Below, piece by piece: positions 38,195-48,600 of a stretch of DNA of 64,000 nt; position 1 is the first letter of the stretch, and the number at the start of each line of letters is the position of its first letter. The DNA is from a virus. The DNA lies in the IMG/VR virus record IMGVR_UViG_3300032083_002558, positions 3,903-67,902 of that record; one strand, written 5' to 3'. Made by a program: the position numbers and the translations under genes. The notes beneath the pieces were generated by a model. It ran no database searches and was not told where the DNA came from. It saw nothing but the letters and a program-made list of their open reading frames with translations.

Positions 38195-41100
38195 TTCATC
38201 ACCACTTTACTCAAACCATTGTTTACATTAATTGGAATCAATGTATCCATATAATCTTTGATTGTATCCAAGTGAGTAATAATCATTGTGAAATCAAATT
38301 GAGTTCTCAAGTATTGAAATGCTCCCTGCATATTAGCAATATTATCAGAATCCAATGCACCGAATCCCTCATCTACAATTATGAAGTTTGGACGAGGTAA
38401 TGTTGATACATTGATTAATCCAATACGAATAGCAAGAGAAGATACGAATCTTTCCATACCTGATGATAATTCAAGATTCCATTTATCATCACCATAACAT
38501 ATAAATGCATCAATCATTTTATCTTTCATCTCTAATTCAATATGGAAACCAGCATTCATATTTTCTAATACATTGTTGATTTCTCGTTCAATCGAAGGAA
38601 TAGCTTTTGAGATTAATTCATAAGGAACACCATCTTTAGAAAGAGCTAAAAGATATAAATCATAATCCAATATCTTTTGTTCTATATCAACAAGATTTTG
38701 AATATCATCTTCTATTTGTTGTTTTTGGTTTTTAGCAACTGATAGTGTTGATAATACTTTTTTATAATCTTTATCTATGGATATTGAATCCATTTGTAGT
38801 TTAGATATTTTAGAAGTTAAATTAGATATTTGTTCATTTAATCTTTTATTGTTTTCAATCTTTTCTTCTAACTCATAGTATCTTTTTACATTAGATTCCA
38901 ATGTAGTTAATTCACTTTCAATGTGATTTAATCTACTTTCTTGTGTAGAAATCTTACCACCAATCTTAACAGCATCGTGTTGTATTTGATTTAATTCTTC
39001 AGAGAATATTTTAAACTCACGATTTCTTTCTTCTGCATCACCTAACTTTTCAAGTCCATATGATGACTTTTTATAATGAGCAGTTAAATTAGAATGTTCA
39101 TCAAATAATTCTTTTATTTTATTTTGTATTTCATCTTGTTCGTGTATTTGTTCTTTACCATTTTTTATACAAAATTCACAATTTTCATCGTATTTAAATT
39201 TCATTAAATCTGCGTTGTGATGATTTAAAGATTTAGTTTTTGATTCATTAAGTTTTAAAGCATTCTCATAATCTCTAACATCTTTTTTTAGTTCTTTATA
39301 TTTTTCATAATCTTCTTGTATTTTTTCTTCATCTATTTCAGAAAGTTTCTTATGATAATCCATATACATTGGACGAAGTTGTTCTTTGTATTCTTTATCA
39401 TCTTTAAGTTGAGATTCAATAGTTTGTTTTTCAGATATAAGGTTTTGTTGTAAAGTTTTTAATTCTTCAATATCATATGTTTCATCTATTTTATATAGTT
39501 TTCTAACTAAATTTATTTTATCAGATTCTAATTCGGTTAATTTATTACCAATTGATTTATCTTTTGTATTCAATTCATCTTCATCTTTTTCCATTTCAAT
39601 GATTCGTTGATTAATAGTACCTAATTCTTTATATGAATCTTTCTTTTGGAATTGTCGTAACATAACTCGTTCTTCATTTGAATCGGATTTGGCTATAGTT
39701 TCGAGTTGTTCAAACACCTCAATATCCATAAAAGTAGAAAGAATTTTTTTTCGCTCAGATTGTTTCTTGTCAAGGAAGTTCATACCATTGGTTTGTAGCG
39801 ATAACGAGGTAAGGATGAAGTCGTCAAATGTTCCTAACACTTTCTTGATTTCCTCATTAGTTCCCCCACCATACTGAGAATTAAAACGGGCTGCTCCACT
39901 TAAATCCACTTCTTCACCACCTTCGTCTATCATATAGAACTTAACCTTAACTGGACACTGATGAGATACTTTACCATTCTTATGATTCACTCTTTTGTAA
40001 GTTGCATCTCTTTCAATCCAATAATCCATACCATTGATTTCTAAATTCAATTTAGCTCTGAATGTAGTTTTCTTTTTATTCATTACATCCAACGCTCGAT
40101 TAGTTCTACTACATACATCATAGATTGTATATGCAATAGCATCCATTATAGCAGATTTACCACTATGGTTAGGAGCAACTACACCAACCGTTCCATCCAA
40201 TTTAGTAAAGTCTATTTTGTTTCCTTTACCATAACAAAACATATTGTCAAATTCAAATGATTTAATTTTCCAATCCACATTCCTTGTAATATCACCATCA
40301 TATATTTCTGGTGAGTTATTCGTCATATCATTTATGTGTTGTACTCTTTTAATTGTTTCTTCATGTATGCCTTCAACATTTCTTTTCAAGAAATCTTCAA
40401 TTAATTCATTCTGATAATTAATATCTCTTACATCACCGATGTCCAACTTATTCTCTCTATCACCACCAATTGAAATATTATCTTGTCTTTCCGTTACAAC
40501 ATCTTTAAGCTTTGGATACTTCTTTCTTACATCCATTTGAATGTCTTTAATTTGTTCCAATGTTGTATTTGTATACTTTATCTTAATACTACCTTTTGGT
40601 GGTATGAAATTCATTTTGTTTTGAATCACACCATCTACCACTTGTAGTATTTTATACCCATAATCATTCTCTACTTGATGATATTCAGCTTTTCTTTTTT
40701 CTACATCCCATAATAGAAATCCGTGACTTGGTTCTTCTGAATAATTTTGTTGAATCAAAGAACCTGGATATGCAACTCTTTCATCTACATCTAAGAATTG
40801 TCTTTTATGTATATCACCCAACATCACCATATCATAACCTTGAAATGTATCAACCTTTACTCTATCGTCTTCCACTTGAAATCCATTATCATAAAAGTGT
40901 TTATCCACTCCACCGTGAAATAGTGCAATCTTGTTATCACCCATATCTTTAGGGTTAGGTAAACCTGTTGTTAATTGTTTACCTTCTTTATCAATATCAA
41001 ATATAGACATAACACCAAAGTCAACATTATCCATTGTATAAACACCTGATTGTTTCCAATAATGTAAATTAGGTGTAATCTTTTTAACTAAATCAATAAT

Positions 41101-41391
41101 AGGAGAAAGTGTGTCTTCTCTTGATTTGTTATTTAAATTACAATCGTGATTACCTGGTATGATAATTGTAGGAGCAATCTTACATAATTCTAAAAAGAAG
41201 TTTGCAACCATTCTTACTTCTTCGGGTGAGGTATCCAATTTTCCATGAACTACATCACCACCAATGTATATAGCATCTGGTTTTAAGTCTTTTAATTGTT
41301 TATATAGATTTTTAAATACTTGTCTGTATTCTACAAATCTATGTAGTTTTCTAATATGTATATCTGCTAAATGAGCAATTGTTTTAACCAT
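38191..41391 (-). CDS. Fused SbcD/Mre11 nuclease and SbcC/Rad50 ATPase (T4 gp47+gp46-like)
   Basis: Metallophosphoesterase motifs DIH, GGDVVH, GNHD, GDIH, YPGS; Walker A APNHSGKS; zinc hook CEFC; signature SSGME; Walker B IIVDEGFGALD; ITH. Confidence 0.92.
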   Translation of the reverse strand: MVKTIAHLADIHIRKLHRFVEYRQVFKNLYKQLKDLKPDAIYIGGDVVHGKLDTSPEEVRMVANFFLELCKIAPTIIIPGNHDCNLNNKSREDTLSPIIDLVKKITPNLHYWKQSGVYTMDNVDFGVMSIFDIDKEGKQLTTGLPNPKDMGDNKIALFHGGVDKHFYDNGFQVEDDRVKVDTFQGYDMVMLGDIHKRQFLDVDERVAYPGSLIQQNYSEEPSHGFLLWDVEKRKAEYHQVENDYGYKILQVVDGVIQNKMNFIPPKGSIKIKYTNTTLEQIKDIQMDVRKKYPKLKDVVTERQDNISIGGDRENKLDIGDVRDINYQNELIEDFLKRNVEGIHEETIKRVQHINDMTNNSPEIYDGDITRNVDWKIKSFEFDNMFCYGKGNKIDFTKLDGTVGVVAPNHSGKSAIMDAIAYTIYDVCSRTNRALDVMNKKKTTFRAKLNLEINGMDYWIERDATYKRVNHKNGKVSHQCPVKVKFYMIDEGGEEVDLSGAARFNSQYGGGTNEEIKKVLGTFDDFILTSLSLQTNGMNFLDKKQSERKKILSTFMDIEVFEQLETIAKSDSNEERVMLRQFQKKDSYKELGTINQRIIEMEKDEDELNTKDKSIGNKLTELESDKINLVRKLYKIDETYDIEELKTLQQNLISEKQTIESQLKDDKEYKEQLRPMYMDYHKKLSEIDEEKIQEDYEKYKELKKDVRDYENALKLNESKTKSLNHHNADLMKFKYDENCEFCIKNGKEQIHEQDEIQNKIKELFDEHSNLTAHYKKSSYGLEKLGDAEERNREFKIFSEELNQIQHDAVKIGGKISTQESRLNHIESELTTLESNVKRYYELEEKIENNKRLNEQISNLTSKISKLQMDSISIDKDYKKVLSTLSVAKNQKQQIEDDIQNLVDIEQKILDYDLYLLALSKDGVPYELISKAIPSIEREINNVLENMNAGFHIELEMKDKMIDAFICYGDDKWNLELSSGMERFVSSLAIRIGLINVSTLPRPNFIIVDEGFGALDSDNIANMQGAFQYLRTQFDFTMIITHLDTIKDYMDTLIPINVNNGLSKVVMN

Positions 41392-42304
41392 ATAATCTGC
41401 CTTTTATAATATCTGAAAATGTTGATTGTTGAGTTGTATTGAGTAACTCCCAAAATCTTGTGAAACCTAATTCTGATGGGTCTTTATCCTTCATATTTAA
41501 TAAGTATGTTGAAATTCCATAATCCATTAAAAACTTACTTAACTTAATTGCGTCTTGTCTAGCATCCTCATCCAATGCCACATATATTGTTTTTACTTTT
41601 TTTTCTACTAATCTCATAACCAATGTCTTACTTGGAAACTTACCTAATAAAGGTATAGCATTTCTTCTAATAGCAATAGCATCAAATACACCTTCAACTA
41701 AAACAATAGGTTCATTCCAATTTATAAACATCTCAAAACACACTGTATCCTTTGACATCGGTGGATTTTTGTATTTAAACTTACTATTTGGAAACATATC
41801 TCTAGCTATAAAATAATTCAATTTACCATCAGCATCATAACTTGGAATAATAATACGATTAGAATACCCATTTGATGAACAATAACCCATAGAATAACGA
41901 AGAATATCTATTCCACCTATTCCTCTCTTCTTTAAATAACTTATGGCATTTCTATATAATGGGTCTGTTGATGGTTTCCAAAGTGGTTGATAACATTGAG
42001 GTAAACTGACATTATATTCTGTCTTTTTATCTTTTTCATATTTAACACCTTTATAATCACCAAGTATTCTTAATACTTCTGATATGATTTGTTTAGGTGC
42101 GTTTATTTTTCTAAGTAATATTCCAATCTTATGACCACCAGCATTACAAACCCAACAATGCCACTTTTGTGTTTCAAAGTTTACTTGAAGTTTCTTTTTA
42201 TGATGATTACAAAAAGGACAATGGAAAGCATGTTCCCCACCTTTCATTTCATAACTTGGATATAAAACTTTTTCTAATAATTTAACTAATTCGTATTTAT
42301 ACAT
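41384..42304 (-). CDS. DNA primase (zinc finger plus TOPRIM)
   Basis: CPFC...WHCWVC zinc finger; RIIIP; KYKNP; VEGVFDA; LDEDA. Confidence 0.9.
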   Translation of the reverse strand: MYKYELVKLLEKVLYPSYEMKGGEHAFHCPFCNHHKKKLQVNFETQKWHCWVCNAGGHKIGILLRKINAPKQIISEVLRILGDYKGVKYEKDKKTEYNVSLPQCYQPLWKPSTDPLYRNAISYLKKRGIGGIDILRYSMGYCSSNGYSNRIIIPSYDADGKLNYFIARDMFPNSKFKYKNPPMSKDTVCFEMFINWNEPIVLVEGVFDAIAIRRNAIPLLGKFPSKTLVMRLVEKKVKTIYVALDEDARQDAIKLSKFLMDYGISTYLLNMKDKDPSELGFTRFWELLNTTQQSTFSDIIKGRLYG

Positions 42305-42311
42305 CTAAGAC

Positions 42312-42341
42312 AATATACGAAACATTTAGTATTAAAGTCAA
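42312..42341 (-). promoter_or_regulatory. Sigma70-like promoter TTGACT-N18-TATATT
   Basis: Minus strand AAGCTTGACTTTAATACTAAATGTTTCGTATATT directly upstream of the primase ATG. Confidence 0.6.
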
Positions 42342-42847
42342 GCTTTATTTTCATAAAGTGACATTACTAAACCATCGTACATATCGATATTCCTTTTATC
42401 CCAATTTCCCCGTGCAGTTTCTTTACACCATTTTTTGGTATTGTACATTTCTTCAATTTTCATTTTAACTAAATCTTTTGCTTTTATTCCCTTGACTCTA
42501 GCTTTTCCAAATACTTGTTTTCTAGCAGTCATTGGATTTATGTTATTAACTCTATAATCAAAGTGTTCTAACATAAAACAAAGTATTGCATTAAACTTAG
42601 CTAATTTGATAATAACTTGTTGTGAAGTTCTTCCACCAGCAAATCCTGATAAACTATCTTCAATATTAATATCAAGTACATCATTAATATACGAACTTTC
42701 ATTCAATTTTTCAAGCACTTTTTCAACTTTATCTTTGGGTGTTTGTTCTTTTTTGATGTCGATGAATCCCATATCGAGAATCTTCTTATCTTGTGTGAAT
42801 GCATAACCGACACAAGTCGTTGATGCATCTAATCCTAATATAACCAT
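42338..42847 (-). CDS. RuvC-like Holliday junction resolvase
   Basis: ILGLDASTTCVGYA, INIED, KLAKFN, DMYDG: RNase H/RuvC acidic motifs. Confidence 0.8.
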   Translation of the reverse strand: MVILGLDASTTCVGYAFTQDKKILDMGFIDIKKEQTPKDKVEKVLEKLNESSYINDVLDINIEDSLSGFAGGRTSQQVIIKLAKFNAILCFMLEHFDYRVNNINPMTARKQVFGKARVKGIKAKDLVKMKIEEMYNTKKWCKETARGNWDKRNIDMYDGLVMSLYENKA

Positions 42848-42854
42848 TTGTCTC

Positions 42855-43745
42855 CTAAATGTCTAATTTTATTTTAAATCTTGTATTTATCTTATCACTT
42901 TTTATAATTGGTCTTGGTAGAGTAGCTTGAATTACAGGTGTATCATAATCACCCCTCTGATACAAATTAATTGTTGTAATATATGGTTGCCAGGCACTAC
43001 TTGAAAAAGTTGATGCTACATATGGTGTTCCTAAAGTTAGTGGTTCTGTACTTCCACTCAAAACATTTCTAATTGAATAATTCATTGTTAAATTAAAATC
43101 TTGAGGTATTAAAGTAACATTATATTCGTGAGTGGTAATTGTGTGTTGTGAATCAAATTTTAATGTATAGTTTGTAGCTAAATCAGAATATTTAACACTA
43201 CCACTCCAAGAACCCGTTTCTGTAATTACTGCTAAACCTTTATCATAAAATATATTACCAACGTAATTATCAGATGATGAAGCATTTGTTATACTTTGTG
43301 AATGATGTGCATTAGTTGAATATAAATTACCAAAACCATCATCTATAATTATTGGATTAACACTATTGTTATCTGCATTAGAACCTGAAATATCTGTGAA
43401 TTTAAAACTACCCTCTTTTATTTTTTCACCATAATACTGAGATGGAATTATGATTAAAGAACTATTTGGGTATCCGTGATATTTAGTTAGAAATTGTTCA
43501 CCATTCGTTGGTTTTATTGACATATTACTTGATGGAGCTGTAAATTTTGTTTCACCCTCATATTTAGGAGAACCACTTGTATAAAACATTACATTTAGTG
43601 AGTCCCAATAGTTGGTGTTTATTGAACCAGAAGTTATTTTTTTTGATTGAACACCAAGAGATGATGTAGTAAGGTTTTGAGTATAATTTACAATATTATT
43701 TTCAATTATAGTTGATGATTTATCAATCTCTCCAAATACATGCAT
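42855..43745 (-). CDS. Baseplate/tail structural protein
   Basis: DDGFGNLY, VGNIFYDKGLAVIT, PYITTINLY...ATLPRPIIK; C-terminus paralogous to 43758-44858. Confidence 0.6.
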   Translation of the reverse strand: MHVFGEIDKSSTIIENNIVNYTQNLTTSSLGVQSKKITSGSINTNYWDSLNVMFYTSGSPKYEGETKFTAPSSNMSIKPTNGEQFLTKYHGYPNSSLIIIPSQYYGEKIKEGSFKFTDISGSNADNNSVNPIIIDDGFGNLYSTNAHHSQSITNASSSDNYVGNIFYDKGLAVITETGSWSGSVKYSDLATNYTLKFDSQHTITTHEYNVTLIPQDFNLTMNYSIRNVLSGSTEPLTLGTPYVASTFSSSAWQPYITTINLYQRGDYDTPVIQATLPRPIIKSDKINTRFKIKLDI

Positions 43746-43757
43746 AGCAACCTATCA

Positions 43758-44858
43758 TTAATAAGTTAATTTAACTTTTATTGTAGCTTCTGAACTAAAG
43801 TTTTTCTTCAATGGTGTTGAAAGATTTCCTACAGCTACCATATCACCAGATGCATTATATAATTGAACTGATGTAATATATACTGATGGATTACCTTTCA
43901 TTGTTTTTTGTCTTACTTCATTTAATGAACCTGAAATAAATGTTGGGTTATTTGAAAAATTCATTTGGCCACTTCTAACTCTACAGAAATATTGAGCACT
44001 TACTTGGTCTTCTTCATCTCTAAATTCAAGTTGAGCTCCAGTAGGTTGTAAACAATTTACAAATCTTAAAGCAGTTTTTTTATTTGCATCTACAGCTGTA
44101 GTGTATCCAAAACCTTTTTGAGAAGCTGAATCAAATGCTACAACACCATTTAGTTCAGAATGTTTACCTGGAATTGAACCTGATAATTCTCTAGCACTAA
44201 GTACCATAATTCCCATATCAGGATAAAAGAAACCAAAGTTTTTTACTGTAGCTGCACCAGCGATAACACCGGTAGAAGATGCACTTACAATATTATATCT
44301 ATCACCAACAGGTGTAGCGGTTGGATTTGTTGTACTACTATCATCTTTTAAATATAATGCTGGAGCCCCAGCAGTTGCAGAGGTTGAACCACTTAATGCT
44401 ATTTGCCAAGTTCCTTTATTAATTCTATCTTTCATATTTGAACGTCTAGCAGAAAGAACAAATATTTCAGTATCTTTTCCACTAGCAACAGCACTTGTTG
44501 TTGCTGGGGACGAAATAAAAAATCCACCAGTTACTTCTGTAGGTGCTAAAAGTAAATTAGCATATTGTTTATAAATAGCTTCAGTTGGAGCTTTAATTGC
44601 ATTAGCATCATCATCTGAACCAAGACCACCTGTACTACCAAATGCAACATTAAATTCTTCAACAGTTGGTGTTGCATTATTTGATATTCCAAAGAAATAA
44701 GTTTCGTTGGTATCTGATAATGATGTTGAAACCACATTAGCAGCTGCTAAAACTGCGGCACCATTTGAAAAATATGGACTTGTTACTTTTTCCGTTTGGG
44801 TTATTTTATCCATACCCTCCGTTGAATCTAAACTTATATTTCCTCCAGCTATAGCCAT
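43758..44858 (-). CDS. Baseplate/tail structural protein
   Basis: YFCRV...NFSNNPTF...YITSVQLYN...AVGNLSTPLKK C-terminal domain. Confidence 0.6.
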   Translation of the reverse strand: MAIAGGNISLDSTEGMDKITQTEKVTSPYFSNGAAVLAAANVVSTSLSDTNETYFFGISNNATPTVEEFNVAFGSTGGLGSDDDANAIKAPTEAIYKQYANLLLAPTEVTGGFFISSPATTSAVASGKDTEIFVLSARRSNMKDRINKGTWQIALSGSTSATAGAPALYLKDDSSTTNPTATPVGDRYNIVSASSTGVIAGAATVKNFGFFYPDMGIMVLSARELSGSIPGKHSELNGVVAFDSASQKGFGYTTAVDANKKTALRFVNCLQPTGAQLEFRDEEDQVSAQYFCRVRSGQMNFSNNPTFISGSLNEVRQKTMKGNPSVYITSVQLYNASGDMVAVGNLSTPLKKNFSSEATIKVKLTY

Positions 44859-44879
44859 TTATATATCTCCTAATTTATT

Positions 44880-45578
44880 TTACCCAATGGATGTTGTTCT
44901 TATTGCTGTTACATTTTTAGTAACATTGTTTATTACTCTAAATGAATTATAAGCTCCAGTTTCAATGTGCACTACATAAACATTTGTTTCTTTCCCTGCA
45001 GTGTCTTGTTGAATTGCACTTAAATCAAATGCGTTACCATTAAATCCATATTGTTGAGCAAATGGGATGTCTTGTTCTTGTAAAAATTGTCTACTTGTTC
45101 CACTTAAATTACTCATAAGTGAAGAATTTGTAGAGATAAGTGCTGGGTCTTGAATAACAAAGTAGTATTGAAATCCACCAAGTGTCACATTACCAGTAGA
45201 TGTGTAACCAACTAAATCAACAGAAATCCTAGCAGTTTGTTTACCTTCTTTAAGTGTTAAAATAGTTCCATCAGCACTGTCCAAATTACCTAATTGAATT
45301 GCAGGAACTGATGTTGTGTTTTGATTTAATGATATTAATCTATTTCTCAGATTATATTCACTATGAACACTAGCTTCTAACATTGGTAATTTTTCAATAC
45401 CTTCACCATAAAATGCTGAACCACTTGGATGGTCTGGATTCCATAAAGTATAATCCACACCTGTATCAGAAAGTGTAAATGAAGTAATATTTAAATTACC
45501 ACCATTCTTTAAAATTTCTCTACCTTTTTTTGTCAATACTGCATCAACCGTAATTGAACCGTTATCTAAATATCCCAT
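44880..45578 (-). CDS. Baseplate/tail structural protein
   Basis: MGYLDNGSITVDAVLTKKGREIL...ITSFTLSDTGVDY N-terminus typical of tail-collar/baseplate proteins in large phages. Confidence 0.6.
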   Translation of the reverse strand: MGYLDNGSITVDAVLTKKGREILKNGGNLNITSFTLSDTGVDYTLWNPDHPSGSAFYGEGIEKLPMLEASVHSEYNLRNRLISLNQNTTSVPAIQLGNLDSADGTILTLKEGKQTARISVDLVGYTSTGNVTLGGFQYYFVIQDPALISTNSSLMSNLSGTSRQFLQEQDIPFAQQYGFNGNAFDLSAIQQDTAGKETNVYVVHIETGAYNSFRVINNVTKNVTAIRTTSIG

Positions 45579-45607
45579 TTTTATCTCCTAATTTCGAAAT
45601 ACTTTAA

Positions 45608-45622
45608 TTCATATATAAATAT
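45608..45622 (-). promoter_or_regulatory. Putative late promoter motif (copy 5)
   Basis: Exact 15-mer, intergenic. Confidence 0.7.
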
Positions 45623-45652
45623 AAATAAAATGAAAAAATACTCGAATTTAAA

Positions 45653-48600
45653 TTAACCATAAATTATTTTATTATTATTATCTATTGTTGGATTACCACT
45701 ACCAACTTTTAACTCATTTTCACCACCAGTTACTTTTACTCTGTAGAATGAAGCTGTAGAATAATCTTCATATTGTACATTTAATTGACCTGGATTTTTA
45801 TTTTTTGTTCCATTATTCATATTAGTTATATAATGGTCTACATATCGACTTACATGATTTCTTGGAAAAATAATATTCCCATCAGAACCAGTAGAAAAAT
45901 ATCTCGTTTTACCCATCATTCTTCCAGTTACAATTCCTGCACCTGTTGCAAACTTTTTACTATCATAAGTCACTGAACCATTCACATTATCCGTTAAATA
46001 TAATCTGTTATAAAATCTTGATGAATTACCAAAGTCACTTGCTTTTCCAAATGAGGCTGAATAATACTCAGTATCCCCAACAGCATGAAATATAACTCTC
46101 GTATCAATATGATAAGTATTAAATGTTGCTTCTGAACCACTTTCAAAATAATTTATAAATTGAACATCAGCTGAACTTGTTCCCCAATTTTTATGAATAT
46201 CTACAAAAGATTCATTTGCTGTTGAAGCGTAATCAATTGTTCCATCTTTTGAAGTTGGAACTGATGAATCCGTTAATGATGGTGTTGTTGTTATTGAACC
46301 TGATTTTGGTCTTTCATAAGTTGTTGTGTTTGTAACATTAGCACTTATAGAACCACTTTTTGGTTGTTCATATGTTGATGTATTTGTAACATTAACACTA
46401 GCTGAACCTGATTTTGGTCTTATGTATTCTGATGTTGGGGAACTAACTACTGGATTAACACTACCACTACGAGTATTTGGATTTGCTTCAACACTATGTT
46501 CTTCATTTTCATACTTTTGTTTTTCTAAAATAGTTGGTTTTATCTCAACACCAAAGTTAGAATTTTTATCACTAAATGTTGAACGAGCTGGAACTACTGT
46601 CTTTATTCCTTCCACAATAGAAGAATTAAACATATTCTCATGAGCTCTTATAAATTTATTTGTATCAACAGATATTGGATGTGCTTCAAAAAATTCATCT
46701 CTAAATGTATCAAACTCATTATATGAATGAGAGTAATAGTTTCTTGGATTTCCATATAGAGTTTCTAAATTAAATCCACTTAAATTATCTATAATAAAAT
46801 TGTCAACAAATGTTTGTGGTGAACGATATAATTCTAATTTTTCAGATGTTTTAAATAATGGTTTACTATTTTCTCGTGTTAATAGTTTTACAGCTGATTG
46901 GATAGGACTTAAATCTCCAACAACATTTCTTTTAGGATTTATTAAAATATTATTGTCATTTGCTTTAGAAACATTATCTTGTAAAGTTAATTTTGTAACT
47001 TCGATTAAATCAAATCCATATACACTTCCCGTATTAAATGTACTTCCAGCTTTTGTAAAAGTATAATCTAAATAAGTAGTTGTCGGTGCTGCATCTACAA
47101 TATTCATTGTTTGTGTTGAACTTGATATTGAAGCACTTGTATAATTTTCATTTAATTTAAAATGATAAACTAAATCATTTTTATGTGAATTAATTGTATT
47201 ACCAACAGTAGAAAATTTATTAAGTGTATGTTGTCTAAATTTAGATGTACTTAATGCTGTAGACCACCCTCTTATTTCTGATAGTGAACCACTAAATATC
47301 TCACCAACAAATAAATTAGATGATGATAATGCATGTTTTGAACCACTTGACATCCAATTTTTATTAGCCAAAGCGTTTTTATCACCCGCCGTTCCACTGC
47401 CTGATAATGACATTGTTACATAGTTATAAGTTTTTATTTTTTTACCTTCTTGAAGTGAACTATGTAATCTATATTCATTTGTAATATTAGTTGAAGTACT
47501 ACTTGTCATTCTTTGTAACATTACATTCCACAATTGACCATCTGACATATTTGAATAGTTAGTTGACATTGATACTGCGTTTGATGCTATAGCGAGAGAA
47601 CCTGTAAGAGAATTACTTAATCTAAATTCAAATGATGAACTAACTCCATCAGAACTTGGGATTAATCTTAAATCCCATAATGTTTGAGCACCACTACCAC
47701 TTGATTTTAGAATTGTTTGTGTATTGGTAGTATTATTGTGTTTATAAATAAATTCAAATGTATTTATATTCGCACTATCCATCCACCAATCTAAATTTAA
47801 AATTCTTTTGTTAACTGAAGAAAAGTTATAATTAAAAAGTTTTTCTTTTTTTGAAGTAAAGGAAAAACTTCCAGTTGAAGTATCTAAAGATAAATCAATA
47901 CCACTACCCGATGGTGGAGTATTTACAAAAATTCTTGGGTTTGACTCCTCCGTTGAACCACCAAATTCTTGAAATTCTAAAACATCAGGTGGATAACCAT
48001 AAGTGTTCAACAATGCTCTTACTGAATTTTTTGTTCCTTTTGATTTGTATATGTATAATAAATTATTTAGAGTTTTTCTCCAAGTTTGATTTTTAATATC
48101 ATCAATTGAAGTTACACCAGTTAAATATTGTCCCAATGTATCTGTTAAATTACCACTAAATGGATTTATAGCTTCCCAACCCATATTGGATAATAACATT
48201 GGTAATGTGTTATCAGGTGGTGAATTTGTTTTCTTATATCCTCTTTTGTGGATTGTTCCCATTGAATCAATGTGATTTCTAATTAAATCATATTGTTCAC
48301 CTTGTAGTGCAAGAAAATCTTTCATATCATTATATTCAGAACTATTTTGTATATAAAGAGGTAAATTGTTTTCAAATGAATGGATATTATCAATATCAAA
48401 ATTTTCTGCTTTTGTTAATAATGCATTATACCAAGTGGTAAAATCATTTGAAGTTGTTTTATACACAGTATCAAATGGTAAAACATTATTTGGATTGTTT
48501 AAAGTTACATTTACATTAGTTATAAAAGATGATGTTGTTTTTCCACTACCAACATTAGCCCATCTTACAAAAAATGGGTCACCAGCTGGCATACACGAGC

